The translations under genes and the position numbers were made by a program. Shown one piece after another: positions 26,001-37,945 of a stretch of DNA of 64,000 bases. Location: positions 637,633 to 701,632 of the forward strand of contig NMRA01000099.1 in NCBI GenBank assembly GCA_002633005.1, written 5' to 3'. Position 1 is the stretch's first letter; every line of letters begins with the position of its first letter. The DNA comes from Phoronis australis. Lineage: Eukaryota > Animalia > Phoronida. The notes beneath the pieces were generated by a model. The model saw only the letters and a list, made by a program, of their open reading frames with translations. It searched no databases and was not told where the DNA came from.

Positions 26001-26261
26001 GAATTGCCGCGGATACGAGACCAGCCTGCTGGTTATCGTTTAGAATACTGAAAAATTAAATTCCAGTTATAAGAAAAAAAATATTGCAACAACTTTTTTT
26101 CCAAACTGGGAACTTTTTACTTTTTAGAAAGCGCCCATTTACCCTTTAACTATCCAGCTGGTCACGAGTACATCGAGTAGTGTTTATTGCTTGTCATATT
26201 TTCATTTCAGATCATAACTCTTGGGGACATTACTTGCAAGACAGTCCTGCAAAAGTGCTAG
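22386..26261 (+). CDS. Divergent fatty-acid-binding protein / intracellular lipid-binding protein (calycin) family member, 4 exons, 137 aa
   Basis: Exons 22386-22458 (73 nt), 22708-22892 (185), 23456-23560 (105), 26211-26261 (51). GT-AG introns of phase 1,0,0, total 414 nt. MDEIVGTWQVVRVDESEDALYKKLGFSSENVAKMKEFRPTYSFYVRGSKIWVSSKVNTPGESISNHYEYEIGKPKRTKSMFGNHAETVFDYKNGIWEETHKLDSGDVLRVNNVISGSTMNSIITLGDITCKTVLQKC. The GxW motif, length and 4-exon layout match FABPs. Confidence 0.8.
23611..25703. mobile_element. ~2.1-kb non-autonomous DNA transposon with CACTCAGG termini, in FABP-like intron 3
   Basis: TIR CACTCAGG(G)TGCA at both ends. The 15-bp motif GTATTCTCCGTAGCC or a variant occurs at 24435, 24591, 24609, 24924 (inverted), 25195 and 25515. 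No TSD seen. Confidence 0.55.
23655..23906. mobile_element. 252-bp CATG-terminal MITE with 5-bp TSD ATATT, nested in 23611-25703
   Basis: ATATT|CATGGGCACACCCAG...CTGGGTGCGCGCATG|ATATT (TIR 13/15). Confidence 0.78.
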
Positions 26262-26335
26262 TAAACGAACGCGAAACACGACCCACTTACAGAAAATACG
26301 AACTTTGACGATTCAAAAGATAATTTCAACTCTTA

Positions 26336-26344
26336 TTTATTAAA
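26336..26344. terminator. Candidate overlapping poly(A) signals (ATTAAA on +, AATAAA on -)
   Basis: TTTATTAAA lies ~75 nt after the FABP-like stop, between convergent genes. Use is not demonstrated. Confidence 0.35.
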
Positions 26345-28932
26345 AAGCGGGCCATCAAGAAAGCAATCTACATGAGCCCAATGCAGTTTTCTACTGAACA
26401 GAGACACAGCTAGACAGTTCCCACAAATAGGCAACAGGCAAACATAAAAGATACATGGAACAATTTATTTGTAATAGCTCTAGGAACCAGTCAGAACAGA
26501 AGAACCATACCAATTCCAAGCTCACAACAAGTAGATTTTAGTGCCTATAGTATCAACATCTTTTCTAGTTTTAAATCTCTGGTCTTCTAAAATATTTTGG
26601 ATCCACCTAAAATATAGCACACTGGACGACTAGGACAGTGCCAGACATGGTGTCTAACGTCCACCATAGCACTATGAGGTGTGTTACCTATGTTTTGGTC
26701 AGGCTAAGAGGCATGGGATCCCTGGTCCACCCTTGAAATCCACCTATGTATAATGGCCATACATTAGATGGAGGATCAAACAGTTTTCAGGGTTTCATCT
26801 CACCAGAAAAAAGTTATGCACACTATATTAGCACTTGATTTTTTAAACCATGATTGGATGTATATGTCAAACACTCTTAACCACTACTTCAAAAACACAG
26901 CTGTTATAGTTTGACTTCAAGAACAGAAAACCTGCATGTAGGTGCTACATATGAACTTCAACAAACGAACTTATACAAGAGTCCTGTTCACGCGAGTCTA
27001 TTTAGAGGATTTTATTCAAAATTTTGCAAATTCCCCGCAGAAATGCAAAAAGTATGAAATTACTAGCTCTGTTTAGTCCAGTGAGAATTTTGTGTAAAGT
27101 TATTAAAACACATTTGCAAGGAAGACCCACATGAACAGACCTAAGGTAAGCTATGTTTATGTTACAATGGCGAATGGCTTACGACATTATCACACTCTGC
27201 ACTCGGACGCTACATTTGAAAGAGCAAAATGGACACCTTGGCTGCAACAGGGCTTGTGGATTCAGGAGCTATCAGGATTTCAGAAAAATAATACAGGTCT
27301 GTACAACACCTTTAAAATTTGTAGAGAAAGAACAAAAGCTATTTCCAAATGCACAATATATGTTATGAAAGTAAAATATTACCACAAAAGTGACATTATT
27401 ATGCAGTTGTCAGTGAAACGGCTTGCTTTATAATGTTCACCTTGCAATTGCAACTACACTATGTTGTCAAAAATGATTATTTTGACATTTTTTCTCCATC
27501 ATAGAATCATCATGAAAAATTTAGTTTTTAACACAAAACTGCAATTGCAAACCTAGTGCAAAGAAACGAAAGCATTATTCAGTTGAAAGACCTCAAACTG
27601 TATCCTGAGGTTTAGGCAATCTTTTTCAACAATTCTCAATTAAGTCACCAAAAATGTGAGTCATACATGGCCACACAGTTCAAGGATTACAGAACAACAT
27701 TCAGTTTCGAAGATAAGTGAACAGATTCACTTGCAGTACATAAATTCAACCATCTTTTTACATTTTCATTATCCTTTTAAATTTACCAAAGCAATGACAG
27801 TTGCATGTTCGCTTCTAGAAAAAAATGACACAGCAAAAAAGAAATAAAGCAAAAACTGGAAAAATCCTTTTTGGTATGGTTACCAAGACCTGTTGCTATG
27901 GTTACAATTTTAAAGCTGTGAACAAAATACTACAAGCAATTATAACAACTTGGTGAAAATTTTTTGCAAATATACCTCTCAAAATTTCAGAAACAGATTA
28001 TCGTTCAACAAAAACAAGAGAATGCTTCTCAACTTGGGAAGCCAAATTAATGTCATGAACTTGCTGACCTGCGAATGACCTTATATATATATATATGTAT
28101 TTAAAAAACGGAGACTGTAAAATGCTGTAACTGCTGAGAAAACACAACAGGAGTTACTTTGAAAAGAGAAACTCACAATTCACCACAGATTTAACATTAT
28201 TAGTATTAAATTACACCTTGAACAATTTTGTACTGGTCTTATCCTATTGTCTATGACTAAAACAGAGTTGTTTGTTAAACACGATTCTTACATCTTCTTA
28301 AAGTCCCATGTCACACCATCTTAGAAAACCATCATAACCATTCACGCTTCAGCGTGGAACCCTACCTTTTTTACTATACAATAAAACCACGGGCTAAATG
28401 GGATCCATTAGCTGCTGTTGACTTAATTTATTGGAGTTTAATAATGACTTGTGGCCAATTAGCACTGCGAAGGACTTTAATTATACACCATACGAGCTTA
28501 TTGTCTTCACAGCTAAGTACTTACGTGTCCAAAACTGAGGGTTATAAATCTGACCTACATATGACCTCTATAGCTGCCTGTTGCAAAAAGATACATTCAC
28601 ACAACAACAAAAATTACGTGGACAATATTTAATACTTATCAACATAAATAATTACAGTAATTCTTCACCTATTTAGCACACAATATGGCCAACACACGGA
28701 AATGCATTTTGTCACATTTCTCAACAAAAATGATCATTAACAAAGTTCTATTTAACTGACTACATAGCCTGTCCTGTACAACTGTGGTAAATCAACACTT
28801 GATAAAGTTTTCATCATCTGTAACACTACAGTCAGCCTTCAAATCGAAAAGTGATGACTTTGGCAACCATTTCCATGCCAACTAAGCGAATAATAACCAT
28901 AAACAGTTTAATACAGTAAACACTGTTCCAGC

Positions 28933-31900
28933 CTACTTCTCTTTAGCTGCATTACGGTCAGCTACATCAATGCCGACAATATTTTCTGCTGCAGCCCATA
29001 AATGTACCAGACTTATTGCAGTTTTGACGGCTGCTACTGGAGCTGAGATGATGCACACGATCTTGAAGAAGCCCACGTTCAGCACGGGAACTGTAACAAT
29101 ATTGAAACCAGTTCTAAAAATGTTGAAACTTGTTTTTATGTATACAGTAATGCTTCGAAATATAATTTGGTGGTAATAAAATGACAATGTCTGTGACAAT
29201 TTGGAGGTAATACAAGAGCAACGCAGATCGTTGAAATGCGCCCACTAGATGGCGCAAAAACATCAAATCCATCCAAAAAAGGAACATGCCATCACTTCTT
29301 TAATAGAAAGGTATTTACCAAATTTCATAAAAATCTGTCAAGGAACTTCCGAGAAACAAAGGAAAGGAAAAAAATGAATGCCACTAGGGGGCACAGCGTT
29401 CGTTGGATCCGCCTGAAAGTTGTCCTGATCAGTTTCTAGCTTCACATAAATACACTTACTAAATTTAGTAAAGATCCTGCAGTGGGTTTAGGAGATAAGC
29501 TATGAGTGCAAAACAAAACTACCATTAGAAGGCATCACAGTAGTCGAAGTCGTCATCGTCAACCGTCCTATTCACACTGAGAACATATAAACCAATTTTT
29601 AAAATCGTCCTTAGAATGGTTTGGTTGATAGAGGGGTAAATGCCAAAAAGCAGACTTGAAAACAACAAAAAATGGCCACTAGGTGGCACAAAAAATACCT
29701 GGATTCCATCCGAAAATGGAAAAATAGCGTCATCTCACCAACAGATGCCTATATTCCAAATTTTATGAAAATCTGTTGAGGACCTTTGAAGATACAGAGG
29801 TAAATGTAAAAAAATAAAATTGCCACTAGGGGGCACACTGGTATTCAGATTTGTCCAAAAGTCATCATCGCCTGTTGTCAACATCATATAAATACACTTG
29901 CTAAATTTAATAAAGATCCTGGAAACAGTTTAGGAGATACAGCTATGGGAGCAAAAAAACAAAACTGCCACTAGGAGGCGCCACAGTAGCGGAAGTCGGT
30001 AGAACAACATCGTCAGTCGTCCTCTTCATAGTAAGAACATACATACCAATTTTCACAATCATCCTTAGAGCGGTTTTGTTGATAGAGGGATGGACGCCTA
30101 AAAACAGACTTGAAAACAGTAAAAATGGCCACTAGGTGGCACAAACTTCATCAAATCCATCCAAAAAACAGTAGGATAGCGTCATCTGATAATTTGATGC
30201 CTATATGCCAAATTTTATGAAAATACGTTGAGGCCCTTTGAAGATACAGAGGTAAACGCAAAAAACTAAAATTGTCACTAGAGGGCACATTAGTAGTTGA
30301 TTCTGTCCGAAATTTCGCTCATGCTGTCCCATCTATGAAAGGAACACGTGCAAAATTTCATGAACATATGTCAAAGGGTCTTGGAGGATGGATGCCGGAT
30401 GGACGCCGGCCGGCCAGCCGGACGGACGAGGATGACAGCATAATGCATCAACATATAAATATGTGGGTGCACAAAAATAACGATGTCTGCGACAACATGA
30501 GAAAAGGCTGCTCTTACATTATGTGGACAAGCTTTTAGGTGTCACGTTGCCAATGGCAACTGTGATTACAATAGGACAAAATGTCTGTTAAATAGTAATT
30601 TTATCTGACGCTCCACTATTTCTGAAAAATAACAAAAGTATAAATAAAATATCTGGTAATATACCCAAAACTAACTCTAATAGAGAAAATTTGTGCAACT
30701 TATTTCCAAGCTGTGTTGTGCTAACATAATTTTGTAATTGTGAAGTCACTGATGTGGAAGCACAAGACCACATTAAGTCTAAGTCACATATCATGAAACA
30801 GACCACAGACCTGCGTCTTCACGTCAAGCACAAAAAGCTGTTTGTTACAATAGAGCTGCAAAACACAGAGGACGTAATACAAGCAGATAACTAAATACTA
30901 AGAAAATAGCATTCAATACAGGCTTATTTTAAGACATATGGTACGAAAGTGGAATATGGAAGACGCGCAAGCGACTTACTGATGGGTCCAGATGTGAAAT
31001 AGCACAGGTAGAGTGAAGAGAAGAATAACTCGTTACCAGCACACATGAAGAACAGGATCACCTGTAATCAGGACTTCAGTTACAATTTACCATTGACATT
31101 GTGGTAAAATATCAGCCCACCATTTTCGGAAAAAATAATGACCTAAATTAGTCTTTTATCATATTTCAAAAGCTCTTCACCTTGTTGTGAACGCCCGCAA
31201 TTTCTCAACACATTCACCTGTCTGCCATATTGTGTCCTAAACAGGCAAGATTTACCATAACTCTATTGACTCATGATACACCAAAAAGATATTTAAGTCG
31301 TCTAAACTTGGTCATAAATATCCACAGTAAAACAAAATGGGGAATACCTTGTGCAATGCTGATCAAAACATATTGGCATTACATTACATCATATCATGCC
31401 TCCTTCATCACAAGAAAACCATCATCAATCAATACGTTGTTCACATTTTGGAATAACAAAACAATACCACAGCATCCTCACCAAAATAGAAGCATAATTT
31501 CAAACAGATCTTTAAAGAGTGTAAAAGCCACAAAATTCTATAAAACTTAAAAAATGCATCTAAATACTTTCAACAAGCCACATAGTCAATGACTATGAAA
31601 GACTATTTCAACAGTCATATAACGTACTCTGTTAGTGTAATAATGGTGAAGGATAAAGTTTCCAGACAGGTCAACCTTTTTGTGGCTATCTTTCCCAGAT
31701 ATGGCAGAGCTGAAAGTAGACATAGCTAACAAGTATAGCATCAATGAATGCCACATATCTATTGTAGGTACAACCACCATCAGACACTGCCATCCAGTGT
31801 TTACATAACGGAATTACTATAAGTACTTCCATTTTGAAATGAGAAAAACAACTATTAAAGATACTTTTCTGTCAAAAAATCAGTGTGGTACCATTGCCAA

Positions 31901-34900
31901 ATATTTAACACTACAGCAGGGTTATGTCCATTCAACTAGTATTTTGTCCTTCTGTTGAGTACAAAACACTGAATTACCGACATTGTACTTTGACCAAGAG
32001 TGGGATTCTACATTTTCTGGATAGTAGATGGGACAACTAATTCTAAAACAACTATTAAACCAAATGACTTCATTTACATTCACTTTGATCGACTGAGGCA
32101 CAGGTGTTGTGCACAATGACATATTTGATTTCAAACAGTCCGAAATGAATGTAAACAAAAGGAATGATTCAGACCACAAACTTCACTTATAGTGAAATGC
32201 ATGCAAAATTGATTAGAGCCAGGGGATTCAATTGCCTTGAAAACATATCGAGGAAAACAAAAATCATAATTTAACCAAAAAAGGCAATGAAAAGTTGCCT
32301 AGCCCTTTAAGAAAAAAATAAAACTACAGAACTATTCAAAACCTGTCCCCTTGAGTCTTTGGAGATACCATTTACCTGTGCAGGTGAAGCCAGTGGCTTG
32401 CTATGTCCACTACATTGACCAACTGGAAGAAGAATGCGTAAGAAGGATAAAGGAAGGCCAGAACCATTACAAGACACATGGTGCAGCAGCGGTCAGTCAG
32501 CTGGTCAAGCATGGCACCAAACTTGGAACCTGAAATATAATTAGAACTGGTTTGACCATAAAATCAAATCCTTCATGAGCCACGAAACTGATTGGCTAGG
32601 TCACAAACTCTGGTTTCCATTGTGTGAACAGAACACCTTTACATCGCGGATTATTTCCAGCCACGGCTGGTACATACAAATATACAGGAGCAATGCAGGA
32701 GCCAACAAAAATACCAAATTTCACTAACGTGGGAACATCATGTCTTAGAAGTGCAGCTGATTGGATTCATAGGAAACTTTTAGATACTATACTTTGTACA
32801 CTGCTCTCCAAAACGATGTTAGAAATTATTTATAAAATGTTCCACTTTTGAATAAAGGACCATCAAAAATAGGGGAATTTTCATGAAAAAAGCTTTTAAA
32901 TTAAAGTTTCATAAAACAAAAACAAAATATTTTAAGAGCTCATCTTGAACAGTTATTTCAAATAAAATTTGATCACGTTATTGATATTGTTGTTTTGCTA
33001 TCAATGTATTTTTCTCCGTTGCTAAACTTTACTAAAAATACACGTTCATACGATCTAATTAATAAAACGATTAGCAAAAAAGTCAAAAATCAAATTCTAC
33101 ACACATTCTACTTTCAGAAAATACGGTACTTTTACTGAGTTAAATATAAAGTTTTGTAAATACGTAGTTCCATCAATAAGGTCCTACATAACTTTATAGC
33201 CTAACTCACGAAGAGTTCTGACATCATAGCTCATGATGTGCATATATTTTACCCCATGCACGTAACAAAATAATGCGGCTTTCAGATGTTTCACTGCTGG
33301 TTGATGCTGTCAATGAACTGAAATATTGCAGAATTAAAATGTCTAAGTAACACACAATGAATAGAAACCCTTCGAGGCAAAACAGGAGCATTGTGGAGAT
33401 GAGTAAGAAGGAAGATTTATTGTCACATTATATGAATACTAATAACACACAAAAACAAAACGTTTAAGCTACTATGAATCCAACTTGAGCAACAGGAGAT
33501 TAATTCTTGACTTAAACCACTTATCTTTATAACACAACTTCTTCTTTATTCAGATTTGTAAAACTTAATTCTACAGGTTTAGGTGAAACTGCCAGTTGGT
33601 TATTGCTCGAGACACACAAAATGACCAGCTCAGTACACCCAAATTATTACAACTGGTCTCAAGTAAGAACATGCTGTCAGTATTTCCAACACTATTAGTA
33701 ATAAAACTATTTATTTGAGTAAAGAATGAGTTGAAATCAATTTTTGTAATGGCGAGTGGTTTAAGGTTTAAACGAATTTACTTAGTTTAAAACAGAAGAC
33801 AGTCGGGTAAAATACATTAATTTTAAAAACCTGTGTTTAAATCTATTGCATTCATTAAATGAAAAATTTGCAGAAAAGATGACTACAGGATCAACAAAAG
33901 CTGAACTCACTCTGTCCTAGTAATCTGGCAGCATGGCCGTCAAAAGCATCAAGTAATGAACTTGTGATGTAACACCAAGAGGCGGTGACATGGTCAGTTG
34001 GCATGTAGTAAAAGGAGATCAGTGCCAAGACTATCCGTGTATAACCTGAAACACAAAAGTTATTTGAATGTGTAAACATCACTTGGCAGCGAGACCTTGT
34101 GAACCCACGCTTTTTGTCAAAAAACAAGTTCTACATGTGCACTCCCCCATTTAAATTTCACTCTCACAACCAACTTTCGGTTTTGACCACTTGTAATTAT
34201 GAAACTGGTCTCAAACTTTCCTTAGCCAAATTGAAGGTAGTTTCTGAAGGAGGGCTTTGAAAGAACAGACAGTTTATTATTGCTCGAGAACACTACAAAG
34301 TTAGTGAGCCATTTTATCCGCCAAGCATGATTATCAGGAATAACACTGAGTTCCTTGCAAATTCAGAAATGACTTCTAATCTCAGTACAAAACAAAAGTT
34401 GAGAAAACTTGTGAAATGGGAAGACTGAGACAACTCCTACGCTAACATTTGGGGTTTTGTAACTCAAATGCCTTAGCTAGCCTAAGCCGGACTGCAACAA
34501 ACCCGGACTAATCGAATCACAAATGAATGCTTGTAGCTTAGCTGCTGAAGTATTATCTGGCCGGTTGGAGGCGATAATGAAGACACCAGGTTTAGAACAG
34601 TAGGTTTATATTTGAAGACTAAGTACCGAGAGAACTACTTCATTCACAGCAATATATGACTACGCTACATAGTAATACGATACTACAACATCCCCCCTCT
34701 TTAGTAAATGCGGTCATAATACGGTTAGAGCGTAATGATCAATGATGATAACTTGATCTTGAAGCAGATGCTAAGTAAGTAACGTAGAAAATATATCTGA
34801 AACTAAATAAGGCGATCCAGATCCTCCCAAGGATACTATTGTTTCATGAAATGAAGAATATAAATCGGTAAATAAAACAACAAGAATGGATCAACTGAAA

Positions 34901-37768
34901 TTTGAAATTTTCGGAGGTAACAACTTCCTTTATCAACAAAAACAGAAATAAAGTAAAATCAAACACAAAATGACAATTGACATATAAGATANNNNNNNNN
35001 NNNNNNNNNNNNNNNNNNNNNNNNNNNNNNNNNNNNNNNNNNNNNNNNNNNNNNNNNNNNNNNNNNNNNNNNNNNNNNNNNNNNNNNNNNNNNNNNNNNN
35101 NNNNNNNNNNNNNNNNNNNNNNNNNNNNNNNNNNNNNNNNNNNNNNNNNNNNNNNNNNNNNNNNNNNNNNNNNNNNNNNNNNNNNNNNNNNNNNNNNNNN
35201 NNNNNNNNNNNNNNNNNNNNNNNNNNNNNNNNNNNNNNNNNNNNNNNNNNNNNNNNNNNNNNNNNNNNNNNNNNNNNNNNNNNNNNNNNNNNNNNNNNNN
35301 NNNNNNNNNNNNNNNNNNNNNNNNNNNNNNNNNNNNNNNNNNNNNNNNNNNNNNNNNNNNNNNNNNNNNNNNNNNNNNNNNNNNNNNNNNNNNNNNNNNN
35401 NNNNNNNNNNNNNNNNNNNNNNNNNNNNNNNNNNNNNNNNNNNNNNNNNNNNNNNNNNNNNNNNNNNNNNNNNNNNNNNNNNNNNNNNNNNNNNNNNNNN
35501 NNNNNNNNNNNNNNNNNNNNNNNNNNNNNNNNNNNNNNNNNNNNNNNNNNNNNNNNNNNNNNNNNNNNNNNNNNNNNNNNNNNNNNNNNNNNNNNNNNNN
35601 NNNNNNNNNNNNNNNNNNNNNNNNNNNNNNNNNNNNNNNNNNNNNNNNNNNNNNNNNNNNNNNNNNNNNNNNNNNNNNNNNNNNNNNNNNNNNNNNNNNN
35701 NNNNNNNNNNNNNNNNNNNNNNNNNNNNNNNNNNNNNNNNNNNNNNNNNNNNNNNNNNNNNNNNNNNNNNNNNNNNNNNGCATTGTTTGTCATGATGGTC
35801 CTTCATGTTTGTAGCTCGTTCATCCAATCTTCTGCGATGTGCATCCTCACCAGGTTCAGAGCGGCTCGGTAGAGTCGTGACTATTGGTCGGCCAAATAGC
35901 AATTCTGCTGGTGATGGAAGTTTTGCGTCAATCGGAGTGGCTCTGAGCTGAAGCATTGCTAAGGCGATATCAGACTTTTGTCGTAAGCACTTCTTCACAA
36001 CAGACTTAATGTGTCTTACATGGCGTTCGATGAAGCCATTGCTGCGGGAGTAGTGAGGTGAGCTGGTGACATGCTTGATGCCCCAAGAGGTGACGAATGC
36101 TTTGAAAGCTGGACCAGTGTATTGTGGTCCGTTGTCAGTCATAATTTCGTCTGGTTTTCCAAAGAGAGAGCAGTAGTCTCTAACCTTTGTGGTTATAGCA
36201 TGACTGGTCACTGAAGTTTTCATTTCGTCAACTACAGGGTATTTCGAATATCTGTCAACGGTCAGCAAGAAGTGTCTGCCATCAATCTCGAATAGGTCAG
36301 ATGCGATTAACTGCCATGGTCTGGAAGGTATATCATGGGGGTTGAGTGGTTGTCGTGGATTGGCATCTTGGAACTCCTGGCAAAGTGGGCACGACGTGCA
36401 TAGTCGCTCAATGTCTGCATTGCTATTTATCCAGTATACACTTTCTCGGGCTAACCGTCGGGTCTTCTCAACGCCTTGGTGCCCTTCGTGGAGTTGCCGT
36501 AAGATGTCGTCTCTCATCTGTTCAGGTATCAGAACTTGTCGAAGAAAACCTATGCTCATTTTTCCATAAAGCATCGATTTTAAAAATTCAAAGACCACTA
36601 CTAGTTACTTTTCAATTTTAAAAACAGTCATGTTGGACACTTGCCTTACTTTTTGTTTGTTTTTTGACCCTGAAACTCGTATGGTAAACAGGCATGTTGG
36701 TTTACGACCGCAATTATCTCGTGAGATAATTGCGGTCCAACTCGTTCAGCCAAGCCCATGAATAGCGACTAGCTCTGTTCAATCTGTGATGTCACCATCA
36801 AGCTTTTGATGTGCCGAGGACTTCACTGGATACTCAGGGGTAAACAGGGCACGCTTTCTCGTCTATGTATGAAACAGAACAATGCCGGCCACACACAGAG
36901 ATATTTCAAGGCCTCATACTTAGTTCTTTACTGTTGGGTTCTAGAAGAAATGGAAAAGAAAATATATACAAGCTTTACTCCCAGCTTCATGGTTCGCACA
37001 AGCGGGAATGATACGCCACACCATAGGCATAGCGGCACATATTGAGCTGAAGAACCACTGACGTCGCTGCGTAGTATACACACCTTCCTCACAGGTTAAC
37101 GCGACACCTTTCGGCGAGGTGAGATTGACGGTATATGAGATGATGTGGATATAGACCAATTTAGATGGTAACAAAAACTTATTAAATCGGGTGACATTCT
37201 TTAAGATTTGCCTAATGCGAGTTCTTGAATAGAACGCAGATTTACAGAGACTTTAATTAATTACTGTTGGTAAGCCTTGCTAATAATTGGAGATTGATCG
37301 CTCAAGCATGTCAAGTGTTCCAATTAAGTTCACCTCACATAATTTCCATTTTGGAAAAACCTGAATGGCAGAATTTTGTTGGAATTAATATTGGGCTTAG
37401 GACTTGAGAACCTTCAGTCCAGACTATCCAGCAGTACCCGAACTCAGAAAGAGAGACATGAAACATTGCCTGGTGAATGGCTGAATGGTGTGAAACACAA
37501 ATCTACACAGATTTGAATCACTGAATGAGTGAGTGGGTCACTGACACTGCCTGATGCTGGTGAGTGGTGTAGACTATATGTAGTATATGTCTGTGACTCT
37601 GTGACTCACTGACACTGTATGAAGTGTATGTAATGTGTGCAGATGAAGCCGGATGGAGTCGAATGATTGGACACAGGATTCATTTTAAAATAAACCTATG
37701 TTAATGAGAAAGGCAATATTTCCATTACCTATGAGATTCGGGACAAAAAGGTACACATTGTCACCCAT
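28933..37768 (-). CDS. CDIPT: CDP-diacylglycerol--inositol 3-phosphatidyltransferase (phosphatidylinositol synthase), 6 exons, 216 aa
   Basis: Exons 37729-37768, 33911-34045, 32376-32529, 31628-31709, 30980-31061, 28933-29090 (651 nt, GT-AG). MGDNVYLFVPNLIGYTRIV...LLDAFDGHAARLLGQSSKFGAMLDQLTDRC...DIASHWLHLH...CAGNELFF. The CDP-alcohol phosphotransferase motif DxxDGxxAR...GxxxDxxxD is intact. Confidence 0.96.
29211..30478 (+). mobile_element. Helentron-associated (HINE/DINE-like) non-autonomous element with an internal ~145-bp tandem array
   Basis: 5' ACAAGAGCAACGC...AATGCGCCC; eight monomers, each with a CCACTAG(A/G)(T/G/A)GGC-like motif; GGAC/GGAT microsatellite (~30385-30430); 3' stem-loop TGCATCAACATAT/ATATGTGGGTGCA followed by an A-run. 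Both termini recur at 52810-53825. Confidence 0.7.
34546..36541 (-). mobile_element. Ty3/Gypsy LTR retrotransposon 3' fragment (integrase + PPT + 145-bp 3' LTR) in CDIPT intron 1
   Basis: Integrase at 35780-36541. PPT AAAGAGGGGGGA (34691-34702) directly precedes the LTR TGTTGTAGTATC...GATAATACTTCA (34690-34546; 9/12 terminal inverted match). Spans a 788-N gap. No RT, gag or 5' LTR seen. Confidence 0.85.
35780..36541 (-). CDS. Gypsy-type integrase (HHCC zinc finger + DDE core), partial, open frame
   Basis: LHEGHQG...C-x2-C (CPLC), IASDLF, IMTDNGPQY, SNGFIER, SPAELLFGR. No stops over ~250 codons up to the gap. Confidence 0.9.
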
Positions 37769-37945
37769 CTTCAGTTGAAAACAAGCACACACCACAACGA
37801 TACTGAAAATCCACAGCACAGGAAAGCGAAAACGACTGTAAACAAGCCGTCAACAGCGCCCTCTAAAGAATCGGGAGTGCCACCGAGAATCACCGAGATT
37901 TGACCTGACGACAGGTTAATTTATTCAAAATGGCTGCCCGCTAAC
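37769..37945. promoter_or_regulatory. Bidirectional promoter between CDIPT (-) and the unidentified gene (+)
   Basis: Only 177 bp separates the two ATGs. CpG-enriched, with CAGCGCCCTCTA (CTCF-core-like, ~37854-37865) and CAAAATGGCTGCC (YY1-like, 37926-37938). Confidence 0.7.

Noticed and set aside
29242-30290. CRISPR-like regularly spaced repeats
   Set aside because: Eukaryotic context; the inter-motif sequences are homologous to each other (tandem monomers) rather than unique spacers; no cas genes.
34844-35795. Long ORFs (272-584 aa) in the ORF track
   Set aside because: Their length comes from N runs translated as X; only 35780-36541 is real coding sequence.
36930-37010. F*KKWKRKYIQALLP in one + frame, resembling a BEL/Pao integrase C-terminal motif
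   Set aside because: Too short, interrupted by stops, and without supporting flanking motifs.
777-37768. Functional lipid/Golgi gene cluster (GOSR1, FABP-like, CDIPT)
   Set aside because: Thematic adjacency alone is not evidence; no synteny or co-expression data are available.
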